Source of the DNA: Vitrella brassicaformis CCMP3155
Lineage: Eukaryota; Protista; Chromerida
Direction of reading: 5' to 3'
Assembly (NCBI GenBank): GCA_001179505.1
Contig: CDMY01000347.1
Coordinates: 411,259-475,258 of the forward strand
DNA length: 64,000 nucleotides
The notes under the pieces were generated by a model. That model was not told where the DNA came from. It saw only the letters and a list, made by a program, of their open reading frames with translations, and ran no database searches. Both the position numbers and the translations under genes were made by a program. Of the stretch, positions 49,132-61,489 are shown piece after piece; positions within the stretch are counted from its first letter, which is position 1, and every line of letters begins with the position of its first letter.

Positions 49132-50751
49132 ATGGAAGACAGACCTTTGCTGGACGAAGAAGTAGGCGGCGACAAGGGCACACAAACAGGAGGGAAGAGC
49201 AGAGACTGTCCCTGTGTGTCTGTGTGTGTGTGTTGCGCCTGCGTGTGTGTCCAGATGAGCACTGAGGGTCACATCGGCGGGCGGACAATGTCGTTTGATC
49301 AGAGCGAAGACGGCCACCGGACCAAGAAGGCCTGGCTGGCCTCCTCTGTGCAGCAGGACCTCTCTGCAGCACACACCAAGATGCCCGAACAGCCCTTTCC
49401 GAAGTACGTCAGCCAGGAGAGAGAGCCCCACTCACACCACACAGACACCCGTGCCGTGTCCGTTTGCCTTGTTTGTTGTGTGCAGGGAGGGGGATGAGGG
49501 GAACATTGCTGCGGAGCCTGACGTGAGGTCGCCTGGCAGAGCTCACATGACACGGGGTATGTATGTTGTCGATACATGGACACACGGATGAGCACTTTGT
49601 GTGGTGTTTGTGTGTCTATGACTTTCTATGTGGCTTGGCTTCATTCCTTCGCAGTGCCGCCGTTGCCTCTGCGGGCCATCACACAGGCTGCCAAGGACAG
49701 CAAAGAGCCAGTCAGGCTACCCACCTTCCCTGTGAGCAACCTACCAAACACACACACACACACAGCGCATCCATCCATCCATTCGTCGTATGCAGGCGCC
49801 GGAGAAGGGCGAGAAGGCCACCAAGATGATGGATTTGGGTGACTTTATGAGGCGAGAGAGGGAGCAGCGGGGCAGAGACAAAGGAGGACACCCCGAAGAC
49901 ACCTCGAGCGCACCCGGCAGGACGTAAGGACTCACTCATCCACAGACACACGGACAGACAGGCAGACAGACAAGGACAGACAGACAGACAAACAGACAGA
50001 CAAGGACAGACAGACAGGAGAGGAGAGGGTGTCTTGTCGTTCTTGGATGCAGTCTTGAGGACACATCGCAGGCCGGCTCGTCCTACGCCGAGACGGCCAT
50101 CACCGTGGTCAGCATCGCTGTCTCTATCTCCATCTCTCTCTCTGTGCGTGTGTGGATACTTCCTTGTGTCGACTTGCCGTGTCTCCCTGCAGGCTGACCC
50201 TTACAGCTTATGGGAGCGGACCCTGCAGCTGCAGCAGGAGAGGCGAGCATGGCAACTCCTCAAACCTGGTATGTGTAAACATGCGTCTGCAGATACGTGT
50301 GAGTTCGCCTTGCACCAAAAGTGTGTGTGTGTGTGTGTGTGTGCAGGCGACGCCAAGACTGACGTGAGCAAGGGCAGTGCTGGCGTGGCGAGCGACGTGG
50401 GATATGACGCCAGCGAAGAGGGTAAAGACTCACTCTCACCCACCATACTGTGTCTCTCTCTGCCCTCATGTGTGTGTGGTTTGGTATGGTATGTGCCGTT
50501 GATTGCCTGACACACACAGGTGACGACGATGAGATGTCCGAGGCGGTCCAGGAGGACGTGGAGGAGCAGCGGGAGAGCAGACTGCGGGGATACTGGAGAT
50601 GGTACACACACATACAGAGGGAGGGAGAGTGATGCACACACTTGTGCCGTCATGTGCATGATGGATGGATGGATGGACGCAGGTTGAGGTCGCTTATCGT
50701 AATCGACTCAAAGTGGTCACTCATGGGTCGGTCGGCACTCCCCCACAGACA

Positions 50752-50789
<38 letters not shown>

Positions 50790-51270
50790 AAGAGAAAGAA
50801 AAGTCCTCTCTATTTGTCGTGAATGTGTCTCTCTGTGTGAGAACAGGTCACCTGTTCCTGCTGCTGGCGTGTGGGTGTGTGGGTCTGTACGCCTGGTATC
50901 GATGGCCAGGGGAAAGCGGAGACGAAGAGCAGCTCGGACTGAGGTATACAGACACAGACGAGACGCACACAGACACAGACGCACTCAGGTGTTGTGTTTG
51001 TCTCTCTCTGTGTGTGTCTTCTGTCAGGCTGAACGAACTGTGGAAGTGGGGTACCTTCGGGGCTGCCGTGATCTTGGTCCCTGATGAATGATTGCACAGA
51101 CACCCACGTGTTGTGTGTGTGTATGCCGCAGTGTCCATATGTGTGTGGTGTGTATGTGAATGTGTGCCTGTGTAGGTGCGTGTGGCCATTCGGCTGGTGT
51201 ACGGCTTCCTGGAGATCCTTGTCAACCTGGTCGACCAACAATCAGAGCTCCCCATCGGTAAGTCACAGAT

Positions 51271-51301
<31 letters not shown>

Positions 51302-54300
51302 AGGCCAGAAAATCAGTGTGTTTGTGTGTTTGTGTCAAATGCATCAACCAGGGATGGTCCTGCACAACATCAAGAGGGAATCACTCTCCTGGATGCTCGT
51401 CTCCTACTTCCTCTTCATCGAAGTCATGTTCCCCAAAGGCATGGCAGTGAATGAATGAACACACAACGCACTCCACTCACGCACACAGATCGTTCATTCA
51501 AAGGCAACAGCACCGACCCGATCACTTCACCCGTCTGATTTTCTTGCAGAGCACCGATACTCCAAGACGACGGGCGAGGTCCGCAAGTACGTCCGCCTCG
51601 CCCTGGAGGTGGGCATCTTTATTGGCGGCGAGGAGCTCCTGAGGCAGCTTCTGCGGACTTACATCTCTGTCGCGAGGTCCAAGCAGAGAAACGCACAGGT
51701 GCGTCCGAACGAACACACAGACAGCCATACACACGACAGACACGGAGAGAGGGGAGACAGGGGAGGGCGTGGTGTTGGCGACCAAATGAATGCCCTCTGG
51801 TCTGTGTCTGCCTGTGTGTGTGTGTGTGTGTGTATGTGTGGGTGGGTGTGAATGTGTCTCGGTATGTATGTGCAGCTGCAAACGATAGTATGGCGTCTGA
51901 AGGCGATCGGCCGCCTCAACTGCCCTCCCTTCAGATTTCTTCGCTCGCACCGAATGGGTGCGTGAGGACACACGGACACGGACACGGACACACACGCCCC
52001 CCTATCAATAAATACGCCGCCTATCAACAAATACGCCGCGTGTGTCTTGTGGTGTGTTGTGGTGCTGTTGTGTGTCTGCAGGTCTGCCAGGGATGGGTGG
52101 GACGGTTGCGTCGATTTTCTCGCCCAAAGCCAAGCAGCAGCCGCACCCGCCCAAACCACCAAGTGAGCATGTCCATGCGCCAGCCCAGTGAGTGCCATAC
52201 ACACATACCTTCATGCTCCGTTATGTGTGCAGGGACGACCAAGCGTGCGAGCGTGGCGGCCGCCACCAAGAAGAACCCCTTCGCCAGGACGGCCAGGGGG
52301 CAGACGAGGACAACCAACAAGACCACCAGAGCAGGGGGAACCAAGTCGCCGCAGCCCACCACCGCCACACCGGGTGGCGGCGGGGTGGCGGCGCCCCCGT
52401 CCCCCATTCTGCGGCAGGACGGCGGCCCGGACCGGCCGACCAAAGTACTAAGCGTTGTCCGCTTCCCAACCGGTACACACACACGAACAGACAGACAGCT
52501 GTCTTCTCCAAGTCATTCTGCGGCCGTGTATGTGCGGTGTGCAGACATCATTCTCCAGGCGCAGGACACCGTGCTAACACAGGACAGCAAGGGGACCGTC
52601 ACGGGAGAAAGGGAGAGGGAGAGAGCCACCAACAACGGCACAAACAGCAGTGGGGGCGAGGTGGTCTCCGGCAGCACCCACACACACACCACTGCACAGC
52701 CGGCCACCTCCGTAGCCACGGGGACGGCCACCCACACGCACAGCCAGTCCCCGTCCCCCTCTCCAGGCGCAGTGAGCATCCACATCCACCCGCCGCGTGT
52801 GGCGACGGAGCCCAACCTGACGCCCAGCAGCCAGCGGTCGAGGGAGAGGGACCTGGTTGACAATCACACGGGGTTCGGGTGCGTACGTGATGCGAGCGCA
52901 GACACATCGGTGGACGCACGCATACGTGTGATTGTGTTGTGTTGTGTTGTGTTGTGGTGGGCAGGTTTAGCCAGACGCTTGATTTGGCTGCCGCGTCGAT
53001 GGAGGAGGGCCACGCGGAAGACATACGAGACACACAGGTGCGCTCGACCGTGGAGGGGGGCGAGGGATCATTGACCATGCGCAGAAAGGCGTGCTTTATT
53101 TGTGACCCCCACAAAACAGTCCCACCAAGCGGACCGCACCCGCGGCGACAGCCTGGAGTCACGCCCACCAGAAGAGTGTGTCGGCACTCTCGCGCCAGAG
53201 GCATTCGCCGCCCTTTGGACCGCTGGTCAGTCCCTGCCATCAACACCACCCTAAACAACACAACACACCCATACACCCCCGTGTGTCTGTCTGTGTGTGT
53301 GCAGGGCAGCAGCAGTCGGACGTGCACATGCCATCAGGGGAGCAGGGCGAGATCCAGCGAACGGCATCGCCCTCGTTCTCGGCACAGCCGCCGCCAGCAA
53401 TCTCTCTGCAGGCAGGAGGGCTAGGCGGGCTTGGGGGCAGGGTGGGCTCGAAGAGAGCAGAGTGGCAGCTCTCACGTGTCTGCATGCAATGCTTGGTGGA
53501 CTGCCACACAGGTGCCCAACGTCGACACGCCCACTCTCGTCGCCTACAGCGCTCTCGAAGAGGGCGCATTAGACCACGTGAGCCACCTGACTGACCATCC
53601 ACAATAGCTCCATGTGCGTCTGCGTGATTGTGTTCGTTGGATGGGATGGCCAGGAGGACACGTCATTCCACCGGGGAGTATCGGTCTTTCACCGTCTGGC
53701 GTCGCGGTTCATGCCCTCCCTAAGAAGCAGCGGGCTGCCGGTCACCAAAGAGGCCGATGGCACTCCGAAGGAGGGAGGAGTCAAAGAAGGTGCCCCCCCG
53801 GTCAAGGAGGCCGCCGCCGAGGAGCGGGAACATAGGAGGTCCGAGTGGGTGTTCAAAGGACTCGGACACGTTGTGACGGGGGGATTTGACCTGACTGTGC
53901 GCTTGCAGGACATCCGCACTTTCGCGTCGCTCGCGACGCCCACGCGAGCCCTCTGCCATCGGTAGTCTTGCCATGTCTCTTTGCATACGTGGTGTCTCTG
54001 TCTGTGTGTGGGGGGGTTGGTTGTCTACGAAATACGAATTTTCGCGTACACACATGCATGCAGGTGGGGGTATTGCCGTGGTGGGCCGCGCGGGGACGAT
54101 GGCGTCGACGGTGGCTGACCAGGGCGGCTCTCGACGCACCAAGACCAAGGCAGATAGATCGCGATCGATGCACTTCCCGCCACCCCCACCAGACCAGAAA
54201 GCAGGTGAGCTGAGCGGGATGAGAAATGGCGGAAGGGAAAGGAGCTGCAGAATATCTATGTGTATGTGTCAATCAGCGCCCATTTACGAGGGTGGTTGGG

Positions 54301-57300
54301 GTCTGGATGGCGTGGCTGCGCCGGTGGCTGCTCCTCCTGCTGTGGGTTTCGGCGCCGTCAACGTCATCGAATACGACGACAGCCCCATGCACAGACAGGC
54401 AGGCAAACAGGCAGGCAGGCCATGTGTGTGTACTGGATGTCCGGCACCGGTGTCTGTCTTTGTGCGCACACTGCAGGTGCCGGCTGAGCTGGAGAGGAAG
54501 AGGAGGAGAGTGACGCCCTCAGTCAGCACCTTCACGGGGGGGCTGTTGGCGAACGTCGACCAGGGCCGGCAGCCGAGCGCATGGGAGAGCTGGCGATACC
54601 GACACTACATTGCCACACACCCACTGCGCGTCTGGAACGAAGGCAAGGCGCTTACCCACCCAGTGAAACATGCATGTCTCTTTGCCCATCACTCCGTCTC
54701 TTCGCACACACAGGTCGCCGCGTGGAGATCCTCACCCGCCGAGAGGCCCAGTGCGTGGCGTCGCAGGTGTTCACGCAGCTGCTGCAGTGGCAGGCGGCGT
54801 TCATCCCGCCAGAGGCACAGATCGTCCCCCCAGCACAGGGGGGCCAGGGACAGCCGACCCCCCAGGCGACACCACAGCCACCACAGCAGCAGACCCCGCC
54901 ACAACCTCCACCAAACGAGGGGCCGGAGAGAATGCGTACGGAGAAGACGCGAATACATGGAGCAGGTTCTTTGGATGTGTGCATGGGTCTGTCTCATTGT
55001 CTGCTGCGGGTGCAGCCACGGTGTCGGATAAGGGTGGCGGTGGCGACACGGACGGCGACACGGACCGGCCAGGGTGCTCGCCCTCATTCGCTCCCGCCTT
55101 GGCTCTGCCGCTGGTGGCGCCGCTGCCCGAAAGTGCACAGCCCAAGATAAGAAGAGGTTTGTCAAGGGCGGGCAGGCAGACGGGCAGAAAGATGCAGGCA
55201 AGATGCAATTTGCATGATCCATTGCAGCTGGGACCAAGGACACGGAGAGGACCTCTGCAGCGAACCGGTCGCCCAAGCATCATCCAGTGGGCGGCGACAA
55301 GTCGGGGCCCCGCCGCGCCTCGACCAAGAAGACCGAGGCGGCGGGAAAGGCGGACGAGGCGGCACAGCAAGGGGCACAGGGGGAGGACGGCGGCGCCACA
55401 GTCGTCGCTGCTGCACCGGTCGGCACACATATAGATACACATGCCCTGCAATGCAAACACACACATGCATCCATCCAATCCACGACACTCGCGTTGATGT
55501 CCATGTCTGTCTGTCTGTGTGTTTCTTTGGTCAGACGACTCGTTTGACGTTTGGCAAGGCGTTGCTGGAGCTGTTTCTGACGACAGAGCACGCAGACAGC
55601 CTGCTGAGGACACTTGACTCAGATGGTATTATGGTGCCCCCGTCCACACACACACACTGAAAGACAGAGAGACAGATTGACGAGATGTGCTGTGATTGCT
55701 TCACCCAGGTGAGGGCATCGTGTCTCGCCGCAAGTTTGTGGCCGCGGTGGTGGACACCTTCACGGACAGGCAGAAGCTCCTCGCCTCACTGCAAGTCGAC
55801 GACTCTGTTACGGTGAGTCGGTCTGCCTGCTTGCCTGCCTGCTGCGCACATGTGTCGATAACCACACACACATGAATGAATGGCTGGCTGGCTGGCTGAT
55901 GCAGGACGTGTTGAAGAACACGGTGAGCGGCGCCATGTGGCTGATAGCCTTTTTCATCGCCCTCGCAATGATCGGCGTGGACGTGTTCAGGTGTGTCAGT
56001 CAGTCAGTGGAAGGGTGGGAGGGTGGGTGGTGCGTGTCTTTTTGTGTGCGTGCTATGGCTTTCTGTCTCTCTCTCTCTCTCTCAGTGTTCTATTGGGCAC
56101 ACTCACCATCACGGCGGGACTGGCGTTTGCGTAAGTCGCAATGAATGCACACATTTCATTCTGGCTGATGTGGCCTGGCATGGTCTGGCCGTGTGTGTAT
56201 GTCTCTATGCGTCCGCATCCGCGCAGATTGGGCAACATGATTCGCAACTTCTTCGACTCGCTGGTCTTCATATTCTGGTACCAGCCATATGACCTAGAGG
56301 ACTGGGTCGTCGTCAACAACGGTCGGCACAACAAACACGCCACGCCCACCACCGACATGATGTAAACACTCGTTCACTCACGCCTGAACCGTTCAGGCAC
56401 CCCCATGCAAGTCAAGAAGGTCAACATCACCTGCACCCAGTTCGTCACTTGGCACAACAAAGCGGTGAGTGAGTGAGTGGACACCACCCACACAACCACT
56501 CAACCACTCAACCCCCCACAGTCTCACCTCCTGTCGGTGTGTGTGTCTGTCTGTCTGTCTGTCTGTGTGGGTCAGTGTCTGTTCCCCAACTCTGTGTTGG
56601 CGCTGGCGGAGATCATCAACCTCAGCCGATCGCCAAAGGCGTGCTTCGAGCTGTGCTTCCTCATCGGCGCATCCACGCCACGAGACAAATTCGCGGTCAG
56701 CACGGCAGCAACTCAATCGCCATCCATCCATCCATCCATTCATCCCAGCACCGCGCTCTCTGCATCTGTCTGTCTGTCTCTCTATATGTGTGCTGCACAG
56801 GAGCTGAAAAAGTCGATTCAGATGTTTTGCCTGCAGCACCCGACCGAGTGGGAGCCGAACCCGATGTTTTCGATCTACCAGGTGCAGCCGCACGCCCACA
56901 TCCAGTTCGGCATCTGGCCCACACACAAGATGGGCTGGGCCGAATTCAAGTACATCTACGCCTCGCGAAACGACCTCTTCTGGTATGATACATACCTTCA
57001 CGACGGGTGGGTGAATGGGCGTGTCATGACATGAACGGATGCAGGGAGATACTGCGGGAGATGGATCGCCTCAACGTCCGCTACGCCCTCCCACCTCAGC
57101 CAATCCTGTTTCCGCCAAGTGACTGCACCCGCACACACACAACACAACACACCTCCCCTTGTGTGCACATGCAATGCAGACGAGAGCCCCTATGACGGCG
57201 TCCCAGGCGGTCCTGGTGGGCCGGACCCCATGACTGCGGCAATGATGGGCGGAACGGCCAGGGGCGGGTAGGTGCACACCCACACACGGACAACATCCTC

Positions 57301-58143
57301 ACCACATGCACTCTCTATGCATGTCTCTCTCTGTCTGTCTGTCTGTCGTGTATGTGTGTTGCAGTGCGGCAGCGCTGCCCCATCCCCCGCTCTCAGCCGA
57401 GTCGGCGCCATCCACGCCGCGGCAGAGTGAGGGAGCACCCGACATGCAGCCGTCGCCTATGCACGGGGGCGTGCCTTTGCCGCCGGCACAAATGATGATG
57501 ATGCACCACCATACTGCTGCGGCCGCCATGATGCCCCAGGCACCTGTGACGTACGCTGGTATGCCCCACCATCCAAGATAAGCACAATTGACAGTGTCAC
57601 AACGACATTGGCGCGCGTGTGTGTTCTGCAGGTCACGACTTTGCACCGCATCATGTCCATCAGCACCCTCAGCACCAGCAGTCGCCCTTTGGCCTGACCC
57701 ACCCGTGGCAGAGGCACACAGCGGGGGGGATGCACCACCAGTCCCACCCACCAATGTACCACCCGCTCCACCCCACTCACGCGCCCAGCCCCCCATACCC
57801 GCCACCAAACGTGCAAAATGCCTGGTATGTATGGTACTTTCCTACAGACATCCAACACAGAAGACACACACACACACATCTGTCTGTCTCACTGCTCATT
57901 GGCAGGTATCAGCAGATGTGGGGCGGTATGCAGCCGTGGGGCAGGGGTGCGAGGGGCCGGCGGAAGTCCAAGCAGGAGGACCCCCCTGACAGAGACAGCA
58001 AAAGAGACAGAGACAGAGACAGAGGGAGGGCCAGCAGGGCGGCGAGAGAGAGAGTGCGGGAGGAAACCGGCAGCGGCACAGACGAGGTGCCGCGGGAGGT
58101 GCCCGGCCTCTTCTTTGGCGAGGATGCCGCGAACATGGTCTAG
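49132..58143 (+). CDS. MscS-like (MSL/Msy-type) mechanosensitive channel with EF-hand-like motif and large disordered insertions
   Basis: N-terminal TM exons (LNELWKWGTF, VAIRLVYGFLE, SWMLVSYFLF). Core TLDSDGEGIVSRRKF, VLLGTLTITAGLAFA, NFFDSLVFIFWYQPYDLEDWV, MQVKKVNITCTQF, FPNSVLALAEIINLSRSP, HPTEW.P, RYALPPQPI. Final exon ends DAANMV stop at 58143. Confidence 0.85.
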
Positions 58144-58996
58144 CTGCACAATGAGAGGTGCTTGATTGATGGATGGGGGGCTGGCTGTTTTGTGTTGGNN
58201 NNNNNNNNNNNNNNNNNNNNNNNNNNNNNNNNNNNNNNNNNNNNNNNNNNNNNNNNNNNNNNNNNNNNNNNNNNNNNNNNNNNNNNNNNNNNNNNNNNNN
58301 NNNNNNNNNNNNNNNNNNNNNNNNNNNNNNNNNNNNNNNNNNNNNNNNNNNNNNNNNNNNNNNNNNNNNNNNNNNNNNNNNNNNNNNNNNNNNNNNNNNN
58401 NNNNNNNNNNNNNNNNNNNNNNNNNNNNNNNNNNNNNNNNNNNNNNNNNNNNNNNNNNNNNNNNNNNNNNNNNNNNNNNNNNNNNNNNNNNNNNNNNNGG
58501 TCTTTCGGTTCTCCTTGATTCTTTCAGTGTGTCCTGGGGTGGGGAATGGGTGGGTGGATGGGGGGGGGAGGGGCCGCCTGCGTGATGGGTCATTTGTTGA
58601 AATGTGTGTCTGTCCATGGATTCATTTCTCTGCTCTCCAACACACCACACCCTGCCTGCTGCACTTTTCCACATCTTTGTCGTTGTCCATCCATCGTTGG
58701 TTGGTTTTTTCCGTGTCCGCCAAACGAAGGAAGGGACCAGGTAGCAAGCAAGGATGACAGACAGTAAGTGCAGCTCACTTTTCCACCCCACCCCACACCC
58801 CCATCCAACCCGATTATCACGCAACTCGCCCGCCCCAAGCAGAGAGGAAGGAAGGAATGGAATGGGTGGGACGAACATACGCACGTACAAGTGTGTCTCC
58901 ACTCACACAAGAGTGTGCGCCTCCATGTCTTCTGTCTGTGTGTCTCGTGCCCGATTTGTGGACCGCCATTTTGTGGACGGGCCGGGCTGGCTGGAC

Positions 58997-59033
<37 letters not shown>

Positions 59034-59364
59034 TGTGTGCATGTGCTGTGCTGTGCTGACGGGACTGCGTGTGTGTGGAGAGAGGGGGAGGGGGGGACAC
59101 ATGGCATGACAGAGACATCAGGCCAGTCAGCTGACGATCGCGATGTCTCGGCTTCAGCCACTCTACGTGCATCCCCTCTCAGCTCTCATCGTTGCTTAAG
59201 CTGATCAGGGAGATCAACGCACCAACACAGCTGCTTGGACAACGAGCGTCCCACGAACGAACACATCCGATGGATGCAGACAGCGGGGTTGCTCCCATAG
59301 AGTCACATCCACAATCAGGCAGACAGACATATCGGCGGGCCACGAACCATCTGGCTTCTTCGTG

Positions 59365-59519
59365 TCATGAGCCCTTCTTCTGCCGCTGCACGACGCTCGT
59401 CAAGGATGGCCGTTCAGACGGAGAAGGGTCAGACACGCCGTTCTCCACTGAGTGAGGTTTGGCTGCCTCTTCGGCTGTAAAGAAGCTCCCTATCCACCGA
59501 CCAGCGTCCAACACCACGT

Positions 59520-59557
<38 letters not shown>

Positions 59558-60520
59558 CAGCGGCAGGCACCCACGTGCCCAACACCGAACGACGGCTGTG
59601 TGTCGTCACTCGTAACGCTCTCCCACGTACTTGGCGGCTCGATCTCGATGACGATTGGCTTGTCAGGCGTCCCCTCCTCAACAAACACGTCCTTGATGAG
59701 GCATGGTGGCAGGCGGTCTCGTGCCACCGCTTCTGCCCACAGGTCACTCGCTTCTTTGCGGAGGTACTTGAACAACGGCGGAAAGGCTTGCCAGTGCCTC
59801 TCAAACCCCACGTGCGGGAGAGCTGCGTAAGCCTTCGTGTATTGGATGACATCCGCTGTGAAGATCACGAGATCGGTGTCGTCCGTGTAGGACACAGGGA
59901 ACGGACCAACCAGCCGGAAGGGCTCGCGTAGTCGACTCTTCTGCATCACTTCCACCAACCAATCCGCGCCGTGCTGGAACGCACCACACCCTTCTCAGCC
60001 TCGGTCAGGTCTGCACGTGCACCAGGCTCTCGTCTTCGTGCAACACCTGCATCTCTGGACACTCAGACACAGAGAGAGAGAGATGTCAGCACATCTGACC
60101 TTCTGGCTGCTTCTGGCCACGTGTAGAGCTCAATATAGGTAGAGCTTTACTGTAAGCCTCTCTCCTGCTGATTTGTGGTATTTGGCGGGGTCTGTGCGTC
60201 CTTCTCCTTTCCCCACGTCTAAGCTCGCACTTTGCCGATCGCCATGCGCGAGGCTTTCTCCGATTGCAGGCGCGTGAGGAGGTTGCTGATGTGCTCATCT
60301 GGACCCTAGTTGTGCGTGGGGTCTGCGCTTTTCGTCTGCGCGTGTGCGACACAAGTGCAACACATCCACAGGTTGGGTTCTATGTGCGGCAGAGTTCGGT
60401 GGGAGGGGTGTGTGAGGGAGGGGTGTGTGTGAGAGTGTCTGTCTGTGTTGAGTCGACCGACCGACCCTTTACATTGACAGGAGGACTATCATCATCAAAG
60501 GTCTCACTCACACGCAAGTA
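59365..60520 (-). CDS. Hypothetical multi-exon protein
   Basis: Protein-like exon ...VEVMQKSRLREPFRLVGPFPVSY...PSFGVGH and upstream exon DEHISNLLTRLQSEKASRMAIGK with GT-AG boundaries. No family recognised; ends uncertain. Confidence 0.45.
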
Positions 60521-61489
60521 ACAACACAGACAGGCAATGCATGCAGGTCAGGTGTGTATTAGAACATTGTGACAGACAATGCGTCAGTCAGTCAGCAGCC
60601 CAGCCAGCCAGCCAGCCTACATGCAGCAAAGCTTGCCTGTAAGTCTCTCGTCGATCGATCGAAGCAAAACGGGCGGCAAATACATTCATCCACACCGACC
60701 CATGCCATGCACTCGTCAGTCCACGTCGATCTGTCTGTCTGTCTCTGTCTCTGTATGTCGCTCCACTCACTGAGTCTCTGTACATCGATCTACACAACAG
60801 ACATTGATGGCATGCATACATTAAAGCGTGTGGATGTGAGTGATGTGCGTCCTCATAAATATAAGTATGTAAGGCCCGCCACACACACTACACACAGGAA
60901 GACGCTTATCTCCCCCTTTGTCCTTTGAAAGGGGGGGAACATCGCGAGATTCCTGCTCAACACTTATACACACAAGTGAGCAAGACACTACAGGCAGGCA
61001 GATCGATACATACAGACGAGAGAGAGACGAGAGACAAACAGACAGACAGAAAGCTGTCGTAGCATGTGTGCATAGCATGATGAATGACATCGGATAAAAT
61101 GAAAACTCTAGCGATAGATAGATAGATAGGTATGTTTTGTAATGGCGATATGTACATGTAGCAGCGTACTTACTGATCGTATGCAGGCGGGCAAGAGAAA
61201 GCAACGAGCGCCCGTACATCGACAGAAATGACCGCCTGCCTTTAGCCTTCTTTACGCAGGGGACGGAGAGAGCGAGAGGAAGAGGAAGAGGGAGAGGGAG
61301 GGGTAGAGACACAGAGACAAAGCAAGCATGACCTAGCTACCCCAGAGACACGACACACCCCACACAGACAAGACAGACACATGCCCGCTCCTCAAGTCAC
61401 TTCACACGCCTCATGAGCGGGAGAAGAGCTGCACACACACCACACACACACACACCACAGGACAGGACAGCAACCATTACACCTAGGTC

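Noticed and set aside
60520-61480. Relatively AT-rich stretch considered as a possible insertion
   Set aside because: No terminal repeats or ORF; consistent with UTR or intergenic DNA between two minus-strand genes.
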